The notes: generated by a model not told the origin, from the letters alone. DNA of 64,000 nt from Eledone cirrhosa (GCA_964016885.1 OZ024753.1:27218001-27282000); one strand, 5' to 3'; numbered from the stretch's first letter, positions 1-15,150 are shown. Program-made: numbers and translations.

Positions 1-424
1 TTCAGGTCCAAAACGAGGACAGTGAATTTAGGACCAAACTATCAAATATGTCTTTCCTTCTTTATAGACAGTATGGTAAGATTTCATGGAGATTTGGTTG
101 TTATTTCTAGCAGTGCAGATTGATTGCAGATTGATCACATAGATATATAATCAAAGGGCTTCCAACCGTGTCATTCCATTTGATTTTCAGATTTAGTGCA
201 TATACGACCACATTATTACGTCATTTCTTTAAAAAATAAAAGCAGTGAATGAAAAATAAAAGCAGTGAATGATTTGAAGGGGTTTGGGTTACTATTTCTA
301 GCAGCAGCAATTACGATGTTGCTTGGCCCCTGGTCAGTTTTGCTCCAAAAGCATTCCAAACGTGTTCACCGCCTAGCGATAATGTTTCAAGAACTACATT
401 ATCTAATGTGTCTTTACTTTTTAA

Positions 425-1000
425 AACAATGGTTTCTGATTTAAGCACAAGGCCAGCAATTTTGGGGGAAGAGGAAAGTCGATAAAATTGACCCCAGTGC
501 GTTACTGGTACTTTATTTTATTGACCTCGAGGGATAATTAGCAAAGCTAACCGTGACGATATTTGAACTCAGAACGTAAAAGAACGCAAAGCATATTGTC
601 CGATGTTCTTGATAATGGTTTCTGATTCAGACACAAGGCCAACAATTACTGGTGCTTTATTTTATCGATCCCGTAAGGATAGAAGGCAAAGTTAACCTTG
701 GCAGGATTTGAACTCAGAACATAGAGTCGTAACTCTATGTCGCAAAACATTTTGTCCGACGCTCTACTGATTCTGCCAATCCACCGCCGTTTTACTTTTT
801 AAAATAATTGTTTCTACTTTAGGCACAAAGCCAGCAATTACCCAGTGCATTACTGGTACTTTATTTTATCGACCCCGTAAGGATGAAAGGCAAAGTCAAC
901 CTCGGCGGGATTTGAACTCAGATCGTAAACGGACGTAACTATGCTGGAAAGCATGGCGTCCGACCCTCTACCGATACTGCCAATCCAAAAATAATAGGTT
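425..1000 (-). mobile_element. Cluster of three tRNA-derived SINEs (Meta-domain-like family)
   Basis: Repeated reverse complement of GAGTTCAAATCC...CTTTGCCTTTCATCCTTACGGGGTCGATAAAATAAAGTACCAG. Confidence 0.8.
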
Positions 1001-3627
1001 AAAGAATTAGCTAGTGTTTCTAGCAAGGATCAACCACAAAGTGACCCCTGGCCCCTTCGTGACAGGCGATAATGACGTTGTTGATATTGTTAAGCCTCTT
1101 ATCGGTTCTGTTTGACATATGATCAAAGACATTTCAGGCGTGAGTCAACCCACTCCTTGCTGTGTCCTTGCTGATTTGGGTGAATCAAGCTGATATTTGA
1201 TACAGTATGACCGAGCGTCTTAGCAACGATGATGTTGATGTCAATGGAGTTTTTATTGTTGTTGTTTAGTCATATGTCAGTTTTGACCACAGGTCAGTGG
1301 CCAGGCTTTGATGCTTGAGGTGTGAAGTTAAGGAGTAAATTTAACTTCAGAACATTCTGGGTGGCTACTCTTTCGCAAATAAGGTATTATAGGACGTTTG
1401 AGTGCAAAAACTATTTTCTATATCTGAGGCTGAACCATTGAAACGTAGGATGGTGGGTCAGTGCCATCCAGCGCCACCTCTTGGCCATGGGACTAAGCTG
1501 ATTTATGACATACCCACCGTGATATCATCTTTTTCTACTTTATGACTGGATTATCCAATGTGTCTTTCCATTTTTCAAGAAGGTATGGTGTGAAAGATTT
1601 CACTACGATTTTTAACAGTCAGAATAACTGCATAAATGCTCCATAGTTAGTGGTGTCACGTGTTTCTATCTGCACGTGTATACATTCATGTTTTCATGCC
1701 TGTATGTGTGTGAGCGTGCGTATAACATGTTGCATGCTCAGATGCATGCAACATGTTATACGCATATATTTCGGAATAGAGATGTTCGGACAAGTGTTTA
1801 GTAAATATGTTATTTATGTTGTTTAATAGATTCTGAAGAAATCAATTAAGTAGAAATATCTTTTCCTATTGTATTGATTGAAACATTCGTAAATCAATTA
1901 AATAATTTAGTGTAATTTAATCCTGGTTATTTTGTTTTCATTTTATATTTGCTCTGTGATATTGTAAAAACTACTGTGATTGAAAATTCTCCGATTGGAT
2001 TAAAATCGGAACTGTCTTTTAGCTATCTTGCGGACTATAAAATCACATTTGAGGATTGAATTACACATACACACACACGCCCCCCCCCCCACATATATAC
2101 CGTATTTGACAGCTTATAAGACGCATAGGCTTATAAAATGCACCTCAATTTGGGCAGGCATTAAAAAAATCTGTCAGGTGAAGGGTATAAAGTTTGTACA
2201 TCGTATTTTGTTTATTATCATTCTACATCGTAATTCTAGTTGTAATATTTCAGTACATTTTTAAAACATAAGGAAGTGTGAAAATAAATATACTTTATTC
2301 TCTACATCGTATTTTTTGTTGAAATATTTAGTACATTAATCCACCTTCCCCAAATGACATGTTATTACTTCTCAAGTTAGGTAAACTGAGGCGAGAAATT
2401 GTAAATGTCTTGCCCAGTGATACCAGGAAATGCCTTTGGTATACGAACGTATGTGGTATTTATTACGTACATCATTGCTTGTCATTGTACTCTTTATCTA
2501 ATCGTCACAGCATGGCTCCCTTTATAACATTCCACATTACGAGCCAGTATAGCATATCTGTATTATGCTATTTTCCTATGTTATATCATTATATGTATAA
2601 CATTATATACTCTAGCATACGATATCATACGATATCATGACAATCTGATAATTCAAAGAAAATCTTATTGTCACATTCTCTGGCATATATCATGGTAAGC
2701 TACAGAAAAGCATTTTAATGTTTTCTCTATCATATCATATTTCTCTTCATTGATGTTAGCATACGTGCCAAAATAATATAAAAACTGCTGGTCATAGAAG
2801 TTAAGTTATGAAATGTACGCCCTTTCAATCTATCTTCTGCACACTTCCAGATTCTCTATTAATTTCATTCACGCAATTCTGAAAGCAAGCTATTTGACTC
2901 TAAAGATTTATAAAATAAACTTAATTTCCTTGACGTATTCCATTTGACATTTGTTAATAACAGATGTGCGTGTCGTATACATTTCTCCATATTCAGGAAG
3001 GAGAATCAAACTTGAAGTTAGTTCACAGAATTATTGTTTCGACGCAGACATAGCAAGATACTTAACAGATCTTATTATCAAACTAAACATCCACAACTTG
3101 TGTGTGTCAGTCATTTTAACACTAAAATAATGTTAATTCTTTTTCCTGTCGAGTATTTTCATCTACCATGCAGTTATTTTTTATAATCCTTAGAAAGACG
3201 AACCTTTCAGTTGCTTCTCATAAAATTAATTATGGGTATTTGATTTACTAGTTTTGAACGACCGAGAGATCATTTTATTATCAAGTACAAGCATTTAAAA
3301 CGCTCATAAATAATACATGTCTAGTATGACAATCATTAGAATTAAAACTTATTAAAAAATAAAACAAAAGAAAATATAATGCCCATAAAATAAGCATGCT
3401 AAACGAAGCAGTCACATGATATGCTTAGAAATCCCCACCGAATTATATCATACCATCTTAAAAAAGGAGATGTAATTGTGACGGCTGCAACATAGGTGAT
3501 CTCGTTAGATCACTGATTTGCTCATCAGTCTGTCGATCCGTAGGTCCACACGTCATGACTGTTCTAGGGATACAACAATCGAATAAAATAGAACAATAAG
3601 ATGTACTGAGTCATTGAGTACCAGTAT

Positions 3628-3733
3628 TTAGAGCCGAACAGACATTTAGAGTCGAACAGACGTTTAGAGTCGAACAGACGTTCGGAACCGAACATATGTT
3701 TAGAGTCGAACAGACGTTCAGAGCCGAACATAT
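3628..3733 (+). repeat. 18-bp minisatellite, ~6 units
   Basis: GAGyCGAACAGACrTTTA repeated. Confidence 0.85.
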
Positions 3734-5687
3734 TTATTAAAAAGCAAAGGGAAAATCTTAGAGACAGCTTACTATTTAATTATATGTTAAGTTTATTGAT
3801 TATTTATTGTTCAGGCAGTTCTCACATCACACTAGTAATGTCTTATATTCCTTCAGGTAAAACTCTGTGATTACACTTCAAGGTTTAACTATAGCTAGAA
3901 GAAAATATGAAGAATACTATTTCCAGGAATTTAGCGAAACATGTACATGTTTCACTGGCGTACATGTATATGTTTCACAGACACACACTTACACTGGGTT
4001 AATGATTAAGTCATTAGACATGAATACCAGTCAAATGAGTAGAATTATTTTGTTAAAATAAGTGACTTTACCCAATTTATTGACTAATGAATAATTGTTT
4101 CTACTTTTGGCATAAGGCCAGCAATTACTTCAGTTAATTACTGGTGTTTTATTTTATCGACCCTGTAAGGATGAATAGTATATCGTGGAAAACTTACATA
4201 CAGTTTATTATAATTTATTAAGAATGTTTGCATGCGTCATTTAGTGTGTCATCACCTACCTGAATTGACCTAAATTTAGGTGTGGCTCATAGGGAAGAAA
4301 TACAAAGTTATGTTTACAAGTAGGAGTGTATTGCATGTTTTTATAGTGAAAATAGCTATATAAGTTGATTAGAGATTGACATCTTGATTCTACTTAATTA
4401 TATCATCTCTATGTACACATGAAAAGAAGTTGAGATGTAGAATTCATATCTATTTGCTGTTGTTGTTTAGCTTCAGGTCAAACGTATTTGAGTAGATCTA
4501 GGACCACACCATTCTTCTTCACTTACTTTGTAAATGTAGGAGAATATTATGTACCCTATGTGTATCTCTATTTTCAAAACAGTAGGGAGTGAATTGAGTG
4601 ATATTTGACTTAATTTTTGCAGATCGAGCATTGACTCAGTGTTGCCTTTGCTGCAGGTCATTCGGCTGCCTTTTTCTAAAAGATCGGTTGATCATGTAGG
4701 GAGGGCTTTCTTTATTGTCTCATTTTGAGGAAGCATTTCTAGTAGGTCGAGCAACAGTGTCCCTCATCCGACTAACTTCTATTTTTCTATCCTTGTAACA
4801 TATATGATGAATTAGTGAGTAGTAGTGTCACTAGTATCAGTGCTTGAGTCAAGCTCAAGATCTGCCTTGATCGTATTGATCTATAATAGGAACAAAATGG
4901 ACACAGTCAAGACCATCCAGTCATATTTTCAGTATATTTCATATATCAGTATATCTAGGACTAGATTATACAACATTTTCTGCCTTTTTGAGATGGTGAG
5001 GGTTGATTTAACGGAGATTTTGATGCTAATTCTAGCAAATCGAGTATCTATGTAAATTTATCATTGCCAGATTGAGAGTAGGCCTGAGAATCTACCCTCG
5101 ACTAAAAAGCCCCAAATACTTGCGTCTCATATAGCTTCTGTCAACCGAAGCCCAGCTCCTGGCGCTGCCGTGACGGAGATGTTTGGAACTGAAAAGGTGC
5201 CTTAAAACCAGTTGCTCCGGGTAGAAAGAATGTCACCCCACCAATAATTATATTTTTCTCTCCTATCTACCAAAACATACATCTATTTGTATATGCGCTC
5301 CAATTTATGTACATGTTATGTTTATCGCATATCGAAGTTTTTTTTATATCTTGGTTGCTATTTGATAATAGCAGCTAAACTAATCACTACAACTAAATTG
5401 ACGAAATTTGCACCCGCCTCCCAATTCAGAAATGCTTACACACACATAAACAGACACATCCAATACGGGAGACAACAATTTAATTTAAAGTCATATAAAC
5501 AGGAAATGTTTAATTATTGAGTTGACTTCGTTGTTAAGTCACTTGTAATGGATATATAAACAACTGGTACACACACACACATACACACACATGTACACAC
5601 ATACGCACATACACCCATACATACACATATACACTTACACACACACATATATATATATACGTACATACGTACACAGACATAAATAGG

Positions 5688-5782
<95 letters not shown>

Positions 5783-5785
5783 ATA

Positions 5786-5880
<95 letters not shown>
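5688..5880. repeat. Long (TA)n microsatellite, one of many TA/TACA/CA/GA/CTTT tracts
   Basis: Direct inspection. Confidence 0.95.
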
Positions 5881-5881
<1 letters not shown>

Positions 5882-7188
5882 TTAATATTTGATGAACATT
5901 TACATGTTATAGTTGCAATTGACTAATAAGATCGCTAGAGTGAAAAATCTTAATTCAATAACATAAGGTCTGCCTGTACGATCTAGAAAATAATAAATCA
6001 ATACTCACAGACTCATATGGGCAAAAAGCCTTGGTACCTAGACACGTTTAAAATTCAAAATACAAACTTTTTCCGCAGATCGGTCAGAACTTCAAACTTC
6101 AAACATGTTTCACAAAGGATGGTATAATAGTAAAATAATTAACTAATTAGCAGTGAGTTAATCAACTTTTTCTGTGTTTATCAATAGGCACCCAGATAAA
6201 AATAAAATAACTCAACCTTAGAAAAATATCTAAGGTCTGGTTAGCGTAGCGAAAATACACGAGGTTTTGCACACGGCTTATTCCAGTCCTCTAACGTCCC
6301 ACACATAGTGCTAGAAATAACAGCCGTTTGTATGGGATTACAAAATTCAGCTCACCTTGGGGAGCAGTGATAAATAGCTTAGAGTTTAGACTCAGAGAGG
6401 TCATATGAGTCTGTGAGTATTGATTTATTATTTTCTAGATCGTACAGGCAGACCTTATGTTGTTGAATTAAGATTTTTCACTCTAGCGATCTTATTAGTC
6501 AATTGCAACTATAACATGTAAATGTTCATCAAATATTAATTTATACTGCTCAGAAGCAATTCCTAGAGCTGAAATGATTGTAAATGACCTCTCTGAGTCT
6601 AAACTCTAAGCTATTTATCACTGCTCCCCAAGGTGAGCTGAATTTTGTAATCCCATACAAACGGCTGTTATTTCTAGCACTATGTGTGGGACGTTAGAGG
6701 ACTGGAATAAGCCGTGTGCAAAACCTCGTGTATTTTCGCTACGCTAACCAGACCTTAGATATTTTTCTAAGGTTGAGTTATTTTATTTTTATCTGGGTGC
6801 CTATTGATAAACACAGAAAAAGTTGATTAACTCACTGCTAATTAGTTAATTATTTTACTATTATACCATCCTTTGTGAAACATGTTTGAAGTTTGAAGTT
6901 CTGACCGATCTGCGGAAAAAGTTTGTATTTTGAATTTTAAACGTGTCTCGGTACCAAGGCTTTTTGCCCATATGAGTCTGTGAGTATTGATTTATTATTT
7001 TCTAGATCGTACAGGCAGACCTTATGTTGTTGAATTAAGATTTTTCACTCTAGCGATCTTATTAGTCAATTGCAACTATAACATGTAAATGTTCATCAAA
7101 TATTAATTTATACTGCTCAGAAGAAGCAATTCCTAGAGCTGAAATGATTGTAAATGACCTCTCTGAGTCTAAACTCTAAGCTATTTAT
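5878..7188. mobile_element. Penelope-like non-autonomous element with direct and inverted repeats, embedded in (TA)n
   Basis: ~215-bp direct repeat (6403-6618 and 6969-7188); 5878-6405 is the near-perfect reverse complement of ~6583-7110. Confidence 0.65.
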
Positions 7189-7237
7189 ATATATATATAT
7201 ATGTATATATATATGTATATATATATATATATGTATA

Positions 7238-7312
<75 letters not shown>

Positions 7313-7316
7313 ACAC

Positions 7317-7345
<29 letters not shown>

Positions 7346-7347
<2 letters not shown>

Positions 7348-8168
7348 GTACATTATGAAGAGAGAAGAAATAATTAGTAATAAGATGTATCATACCTAAA
7401 CTGCTTCTAGATTCCTCGACTACGTAGTTTCGTGGCATAATCAAAAACAATACATCATAGAGATATAGAGCTTTTGCGAGGTCTGTCGACTTATCAAGAG
7501 GATACCTCGTTTTACTAGCCTCAAGAACACGTCTATATGATGTGAGATAGAATCCCAAAAGGCGGAGGGGGAGTCAGTCACGTGATACAACGGTCAAGAA
7601 ACAGAGCTCAGCCCCTTATAACCCCGAAAAAAATACCACGGAGGCGGAGGGGGTATTTATATCGAAGCCGTAGAAGAGGTGGTTAAGGGGGCGAGAAGTA
7701 TGAGTAATGGCAGCTTTCCAGCAGTCACTACACTTCAAAGATTACTCGACCAGAGGGAGTTATAAACAATATATTGAGAAACACACAGATACATGCGGAC
7801 ACACACATATATACATGAATATATCCACATCCATCCTTGAGTTAATGATAAGTCGGCAGACCTCGCAAAAGCTCTATATCTCTATGATGTATTGTTTTTG
7901 ATTATGCCACGAAACTACGTAGTCGAGGAATCTAGAAGCAGTTTAGGTATGATACATCTTATTACTAATTATATCTAAATGTTTCTTCTCTCTTCATAAT
8001 GTACTTTTAGCTCTGATACTGGTTCAGTCTAATCCATTCGGATTGGTTTGTCCCAGTTATTCATAGAGCAACATCGGTTAAGGTTGGCACCATTAACTCA
8101 AGGATGGATGTGGATATATTCATGTATATATGTGTGTGTCCGCATGTATCTGTGTGTTTCTCAATATA
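7346..8168. mobile_element. Penelope-like element with nested inverted segments, in (TA)n
   Basis: 7346-7496 is inverted at 7846-8004; 7768-7846 is inverted at 8091-8168; carries hammerhead motifs. Confidence 0.6.
7413..7502 (-). ncRNA. Variant hammerhead ribozyme (UUGAUAA core, U3-A8)
   Basis: Minus strand: TCCTC-TTGATAA-GTCGACA...TGCCAC-GAAA-CTACGTAG-TC-GAGGA; a 5'-truncated copy lies on + at ~7846-7929. Confidence 0.6.
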
Positions 8169-8185
8169 TATATATATATATATAC

Positions 8186-8285
<100 letters not shown>

Positions 8286-8302
8286 GTATATATATATGTA
8301 TA

Positions 8303-9118
8303 TATGATAATAAGGGCGCTGCGGAGTTGCAAATGGGTTACATATGAAAAAAGTTTGTCCTTCATCAGTGATCCTCCAACTATCATAGGCATTTCATCGC
8401 TTTAAAGACCATATACCTCCGGTTGGTGCGAGCAACGGCTAAAAAAAGTCGTTGGGACACGTAAATAAAGGGGACGCGAGGGTAAACAAACAAAATGGTG
8501 AAGCAACAGAAAGTGAGGAAGAAGGAGACAAGTCCCAGATTTCTATGAATTTAAGTTCGGTGAAATCGTGAACGAGAGAATAAAGACCATCAAACCTGGT
8601 TGAAATGTGAGCAAGGAAGGAATTTCGCACAGGTCTAACGGGAGGAAGAAGGGGTCTGGTCTGCGAATTCGGTAAACATAAGTTCTGTGAAATCGTAGAC
8701 GAGAGAGAAAAAATTCCGACCAGCTTGGCCGAGAATGTGAGAGAAAAGAATTACTCACAGGTCAAACGGGAAGAAAGAGGAGGAGGAGAGGTAGTGGCAG
8801 AGGATGAGTGAGTGAAGGGTGAGGAAGAGGCTAACAGAGAGAGAGACTGCTAGAAAGGGTAAAGATACATAGAACGAAAAAGACGGTGTAGCAGCAGAGG
8901 AAAAAATATGTGTAAATATGATAATAAGGGCGCTGCGGAGTTGCAAATGGGTTACATATGAAACAAGTTTGTCGTTCATCAGTGATCCTCCAACTATCAT
9001 AGGCATTTCATCGCTTTAAAGACCATATAACTCCGGTTGGTGCGAGCAACGGCTAAAAAAAGTCGTTGGGACACGCAAATAAAGGGGACGCGAGGGTAAA
9101 CAAACAAAATGGTGAAGC
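8303..9118. mobile_element. Element with ~200-bp terminal direct repeats (pLTR-like), in (TA)n
   Basis: 8303-8503 is nearly identical to 8917-9118; both have CTGATGA on the minus strand. Confidence 0.55.
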
Positions 9119-9119
9119 G

Positions 9120-9899
<780 letters not shown>

Positions 9900-9908
9900 T
9901 ATATATAT

Positions 9909-10459
9909 GTCAGGTCGTTGGCGACTAAACTGGCAACCCCACCAAGGTTTCATGGTGAGGAGGGTGACTTTGGACATCCTGCAGGACTAAAAACAAAACC
10001 TGTCAAAGGGCAAAGGAGCCTTAAGAGTCAATGGCCATCGAAAATCAGTGGGAGAGATGACCTCTTAGCCTTTGTCAAGGCAGAATTCTAGGAGAAGGAA
10101 AACTCTGATATAACACCTGCAACCCTGATGGTATCCAATGATGTTGACTTGTTCTTCTTTTTGGTAAATACCATCTTGGTTAAGAGAGTGGGACTGGCTT
10201 TGTGCAGTGCCTTTGCTCACTATAAAAGCTGCACGGCACAGGCATTGCTTTATATCTGGAGATCTCTCTGCACTTGTCGTCACATGGTACCATAGGCCCA
10301 GCACTATGTGTCAATACTTGTCACAAGTGTAGTGTTTGTACCAGAGTTTTCAAGTCGCTGGCTTGACTAAAAAGTCACACTTGTTCAGCGCATCGGTAGG
10401 GGTTCTCCTACATGGATATAAAGTAGTGGCCGTACTCTCAAACAAGTTGGCAACCACCA
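9909..10459 (+). mobile_element. Family A copy with internal 5' deletion
   Basis: ~57-bp deletion between GGTC microhomologies relative to 9187-9795. Confidence 0.8.
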
Positions 10460-10465
10460 CATATA

Positions 10466-10522
<57 letters not shown>

Positions 10523-10785
10523 GTGTGTGTGTATATATATATATATATGTGTGTGTGTATATATATATATATATATGTGTGTATATATATATGTATATAT
10601 ATATATGTGTGTATATATATATGTGTGTATATATATATATATATGTGTGTGTAAATATATATATATGTGTGTGTATATATATATATACGCATATGTGTGT
10701 GTGTATATATATATATATGCTTGTGTAGGTGTGTGCGTATATATGAATGAATCTTTCCCTCTCCCTCACGCTCTGTATCTCAGTG

Positions 10786-10833
<48 letters not shown>

Positions 10834-10896
10834 TAAGTATGTATAAGAATGAAATTTCGTTTCATTTTTTCCGTTTATATATATATATATATATAA

Positions 10897-11420
10897 TGGA
10901 AAATTTGAACAGGAACAAAACAGAGAGGCAGTACAACGAATGTTTATTAATTTCACGCTCTTGAGAGTGGGGTGGTGGGGAACGACGTTTCGGGCATAAG
11001 CCCTTCTTCAGGTGAAAAGTGTGTGGGAAGAGAGTTTAAAGGGTGTGTAGGGGAGTGGTGGAGAGACATATAGCGAAAAGGGGGTGGGAGGAAACGGTGC
11101 GAATGAAATAAAAAAAAAAAAATATATATATATACATATATATATATACATATATATACATATGCGCGCGTGTGTGTTCCCGTCTATGAATGTGTGTGTG
11201 GGTGCGTATGTGTGTATAATGAAACATAGATATAGATAATAAAAAAAAGATAGATAGATAAACAGAGCAGGAGATAAAGAATGCAAAAGAGGGAAAAAAG
11301 AAGTAAAATGAGTAAAATAGAAAGTGGCAAGGTCAAAGGGAAGGGGAGAAGTATGAGCCAGCTCAGTGCAAAACAATTAAGATACGATCATAAAAATTTG
11401 ATCTAATTTATAAACCCTTC
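10897..11420 (-). mobile_element. Penelope-like pLTR fragment with degenerate hammerhead core
   Basis: Minus strand CTGAAGA-AGGGC ttat GCCC-GAAACGTC at ~10984-11011, then AATAAA and (TA)n; stem I only 2 bp. Confidence 0.5.
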
Positions 11421-11509
11421 TAATGAAATATGTGCAATTACATCTACAAGTACTCACGTCAAAATTACATCTCTATATCTATGCATACATATATACATAC
11501 ATATTTAGA

Positions 11510-11545
<36 letters not shown>

Positions 11546-11587
11546 TATATATACATACATATTTATTTATATATATATATATATATT

Positions 11588-12825
11588 AGTATGTACACGT
11601 ACATACATATATGTATACAGACGTACAGTAGTATGTATATATATATATACATACATGCACACATATATATATATGTACGTATGGATTCACCGAACATTTA
11701 TTATAATGCTCGGTGTGTTTGTAAACAAACATCCCGTATTAAGCCGTAGTGTCCAGCAACCATCGTTGCTCGTTTGTTCAACACTGACAAAGGAACGCTG
11801 TACTAGTTTCAAGCTTATTAGCTATCGGCAGCAACGTATACCTTCCTGCCAGATTGTTGAACGTATATACTTACCTTATGCATATTAACGGCTGAGTAAC
11901 CCAATTTGCATATCGAGTGGGTTAATCGGCCGGGTGCACCGAAAACGATAAACGGAAAAAATGAAACGAAATTTCATTTCCTACTCTTAGTACGGCTGTT
12001 ACTTAAATATAAGTATGTACACGTACATACATATATGTATACAGACGTACAGTAGTATGTATATTTATATATACATACATGCACACATATATATATATAT
12101 ACATATATGTACGTATGGATTCACCGAACTTTTATTATAATGCTCGGTGTGTTTGTAAACAAACATCCCGTATTAAGCCGTAGTGTCCAGCAACCATCGT
12201 TGCTCGTTTGTTCAACACTGACAAAGGAACGCTGTACTAGTTTCAAGCTTATTAGCTATCGTCAGCAACGTATACCTTCCTGCCAGATTGTTGAACGTAT
12301 ACAATTGTTGAACAAACGAGCAACGATGGTTGCTGGACACTACGGCTTAATACGGGATGTTTGTTTACAAACACACCGAGCATTATAATAAATGTTCGGT
12401 GAATCCATACGTACATATATATATGTGTGCATGTATGTATATATATATACATACTACTGTACGTCTGTATTCATATATGTATGTACGTGTACATACTTAT
12501 ATTTAAGTAACAGCCGTACTAAGAGTGGAAAATGAAATTTCGTTTCATTTTTTCCGTTTATCGTTTTCGGTGCACCCGGCCGATTAACCCACTCGATATG
12601 AAAATAGGGTTACTCAGCCGTTAATATGCATAAGGTAAGTATATACGTTCAACAATCTGGCAGGAAGGTATACGTTGCTGACGATAGCTAATAAGCTTGA
12701 AACTAGTACAGCGTTCCTTTGTCAGTGTTGAACAAACGAGCAACGATGGTTGCTGGACACTACGGCTTAATACGGGATGTTTGTTTACAAACACACCGAG
12801 CATTATAATAAAAGTTCGGTGAATC

Positions 12826-12869
<44 letters not shown>

Positions 12870-13419
12870 CATGTATGTATATATAAATATACATACTACT
12901 GTACGTCTGTATACATATATGTATGTACGTGTACATACTTATATTTAAGTAACAGCCGTACTAAGAGTGGAAAATGAAATTTCGTTTCATTTTTTCCGTT
13001 TATCGTTTTCGGTGCACCCGGCCGATTAACCCACTCGATATGAAAATAGGGTTACTCAGCCGTTAATATGCATAAGGTAAGTATATACGTTCAACAATCT
13101 GGCAGGAAGGTATACGTTGCTGACGATAGCTAATAAGCTTGAAACTAGTACAGCGTTCCTTTGTCAGTGTTGAACAAACGAGCAACGATGGTTGCTGGAC
13201 ACTACGGCTTAATACGGGATGTTTGTTTACAAACACACCGAGCATTATAATAAATGTTCGGTGAATCCATACGTACATATATATATGTGTGCATGTATGT
13301 ATATATATATATACATACTACTGTACGTCTGTATACATATATGTATGTACGTGTACATACTTATATTTAAGTAACAGCCGTACTAAGAGTGGGAAATGAA
13401 ATTTCGTTTCATTTTTTCC

Positions 13420-13425
<6 letters not shown>
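11588..13425. repeat. Tandem and inverted array of a ~420-440-bp unit (Penelope/retrozyme-like)
   Basis: ~1.7 copies on + (11588-12302), then ~2.6 copies on - (units start near 12306, 12727, 13168); near-identical. Confidence 0.75.
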
Positions 13426-13458
<33 letters not shown>

Positions 13459-13829
13459 TATATGTATACATATATATATATATATACATATATAAATACA
13501 TATATAAATGTACGCGCATACATATATACATTCATTTATAAATACACACACACACATATATATATGCATATATGTATGCATGTGTGTGTGTTAGTATGTG
13601 TGTATGTGTAGAGAAATACAAGTGAAACAATAGGGAAAATGGGAACTTAAGTAACAGTATAAATTTTAAATCTGATTTCTTCAGATATATAGAAGAGGTA
13701 GAGACGAAAAAATCGTGAAAAAATTGAAATCAGTAACCGGAAATCTTTACGTAACTCGAAACATCCGTGTTAATAGCGAGACACGTCTCTAGTCTGTTTT
13801 TCTATCAAATGTGACTAATAAAACAAGAA

Positions 13830-14105
13830 GTGAAAGGACCAATACATTCTTTGGCTCTAGGGCCACCTCCCTGCTCATCGGCACAGTTGGCTACCCACAG
13901 GTATGAGCCCCAAGAGCTGGAATGGGCTCTTCCAGTGCGTCTCCATCACTATCCTCCGAAGAAACGCCTTCTCTATTCTGTCCACCGGGACCACGGGGTG
14001 GCCAGCGCGTGCGCCCCCATTTGCTCATAATAGTGAGAGATGGGGAGAGCGGGAGAATCGGAGGCATTGACAGTGGAAGTTTGGTTCTTTTGTGTTCGGA
14101 CCTAA
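13830..14105. repeat. Interspersed repeat with an inverted second copy at ~23985-24220
   Basis: Shared CCCCATTTGCTCATAATAGTGAGAGA core. Confidence 0.6.
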
Positions 14106-14959
14106 TGTATATGTATATGTTTCACAGAAAGAGTTATTAGAGGAAGAATCGACTCCAGTAAATATCCTATTGCAGTCCAGAAACATTTAATCTTGTTGAA
14201 TGTGTAGCTAAGTGTTAGCTTAATGACATCTTAAGAGTTTTCAAATCACTAATGTTTTCTATGATTTATAAGCTTGTTCATGCTTCTTGGCTTTTGTCGT
14301 TTCTGACAATTCGAGAAAGTTATGAGGTGAGAATATTTGCGTGTATGCACATGTGTATGTGTTTGACTTTGTGTGTGTGTGTGTTTGTTTGTGTGAATGT
14401 GTCTGATTAAACAGATAATGTGACTGCCAGCTTTGTTTCAGTTATAAGGTTTTAAGTAGATCTAAACTGAACCGCCAGGCATTGCTAGTGATATTGGGAA
14501 AGCTCAGTGAAACGGACTCAATACCAGATACACCCAACTTGGAAGAGCCAGCCTTTTATTAAACAATTCCTGACAGCTGGTTACTTCTCCTTTATCTGAG
14601 TCACATTTTTTAATGAAATAGGTAACTAAAATGTCAGCTTAAAAATATTACAATAAAGCTAAAAAGATATGTATGTGTGTATAATGCAACAATATTGTTA
14701 TAGTCGCTACAAACATACACAAATACACACATAAGAAAAGCGAGTGTGATTTGAGGCATGTTTGCTGCAATTTCTAACAAATTTAGTTGCAATATAGAGT
14801 TCTCTCTGTCCCTCCCACTCTTATATTAACAATAATCCAGCCTTTTAAATTAAAGAGAAACAAAACATTCTAAATATGAATCTAACCCTAATTCATAATG
14901 TAAATGGGGTCCTTTAAATGATAATATCATAATAATATCATAACATTCGGTTTGCTTTA

Positions 14960-15150
14960 AGGCAGTGAATTGGCAGTATCGGTAGAGGGTTGGACGCCAT
15001 GCTTTCTAGCAGAGTTACGTCCGTTTACGGTCTGAGTTCAAATCCTGTCGAGGTTAACTTTGCCTTTCATCCTTACGGGGTCGATAAAATAAAATACCAG
15101 TAATGTACTGGATAATTGCTGGCCTTGTGCTAAAAATATAAACAATTATT
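14960..15150 (+). mobile_element. tRNA-derived SINE, same family. Other copies at ~22820-22985, 25125-25350(-), 29555-29770, 30290-30790, 33945-34230, 39110-39330, 61225-61395, 63405-63630
   Basis: A box TGGCAGTATCGG, B box GAGTTCAAATCC, conserved core and ATT tail. Confidence 0.8.

Noticed and set aside
6804-6886. UUGAUAA...GAAACAUGUU hammerhead-like motif
   Set aside because: Stem I is absent and stem II is mismatched, so it is not called on its own
14960-15060. tRNA-like A/B boxes at many sites
   Set aside because: No cloverleaf and always followed by the SINE core, so these are SINE heads
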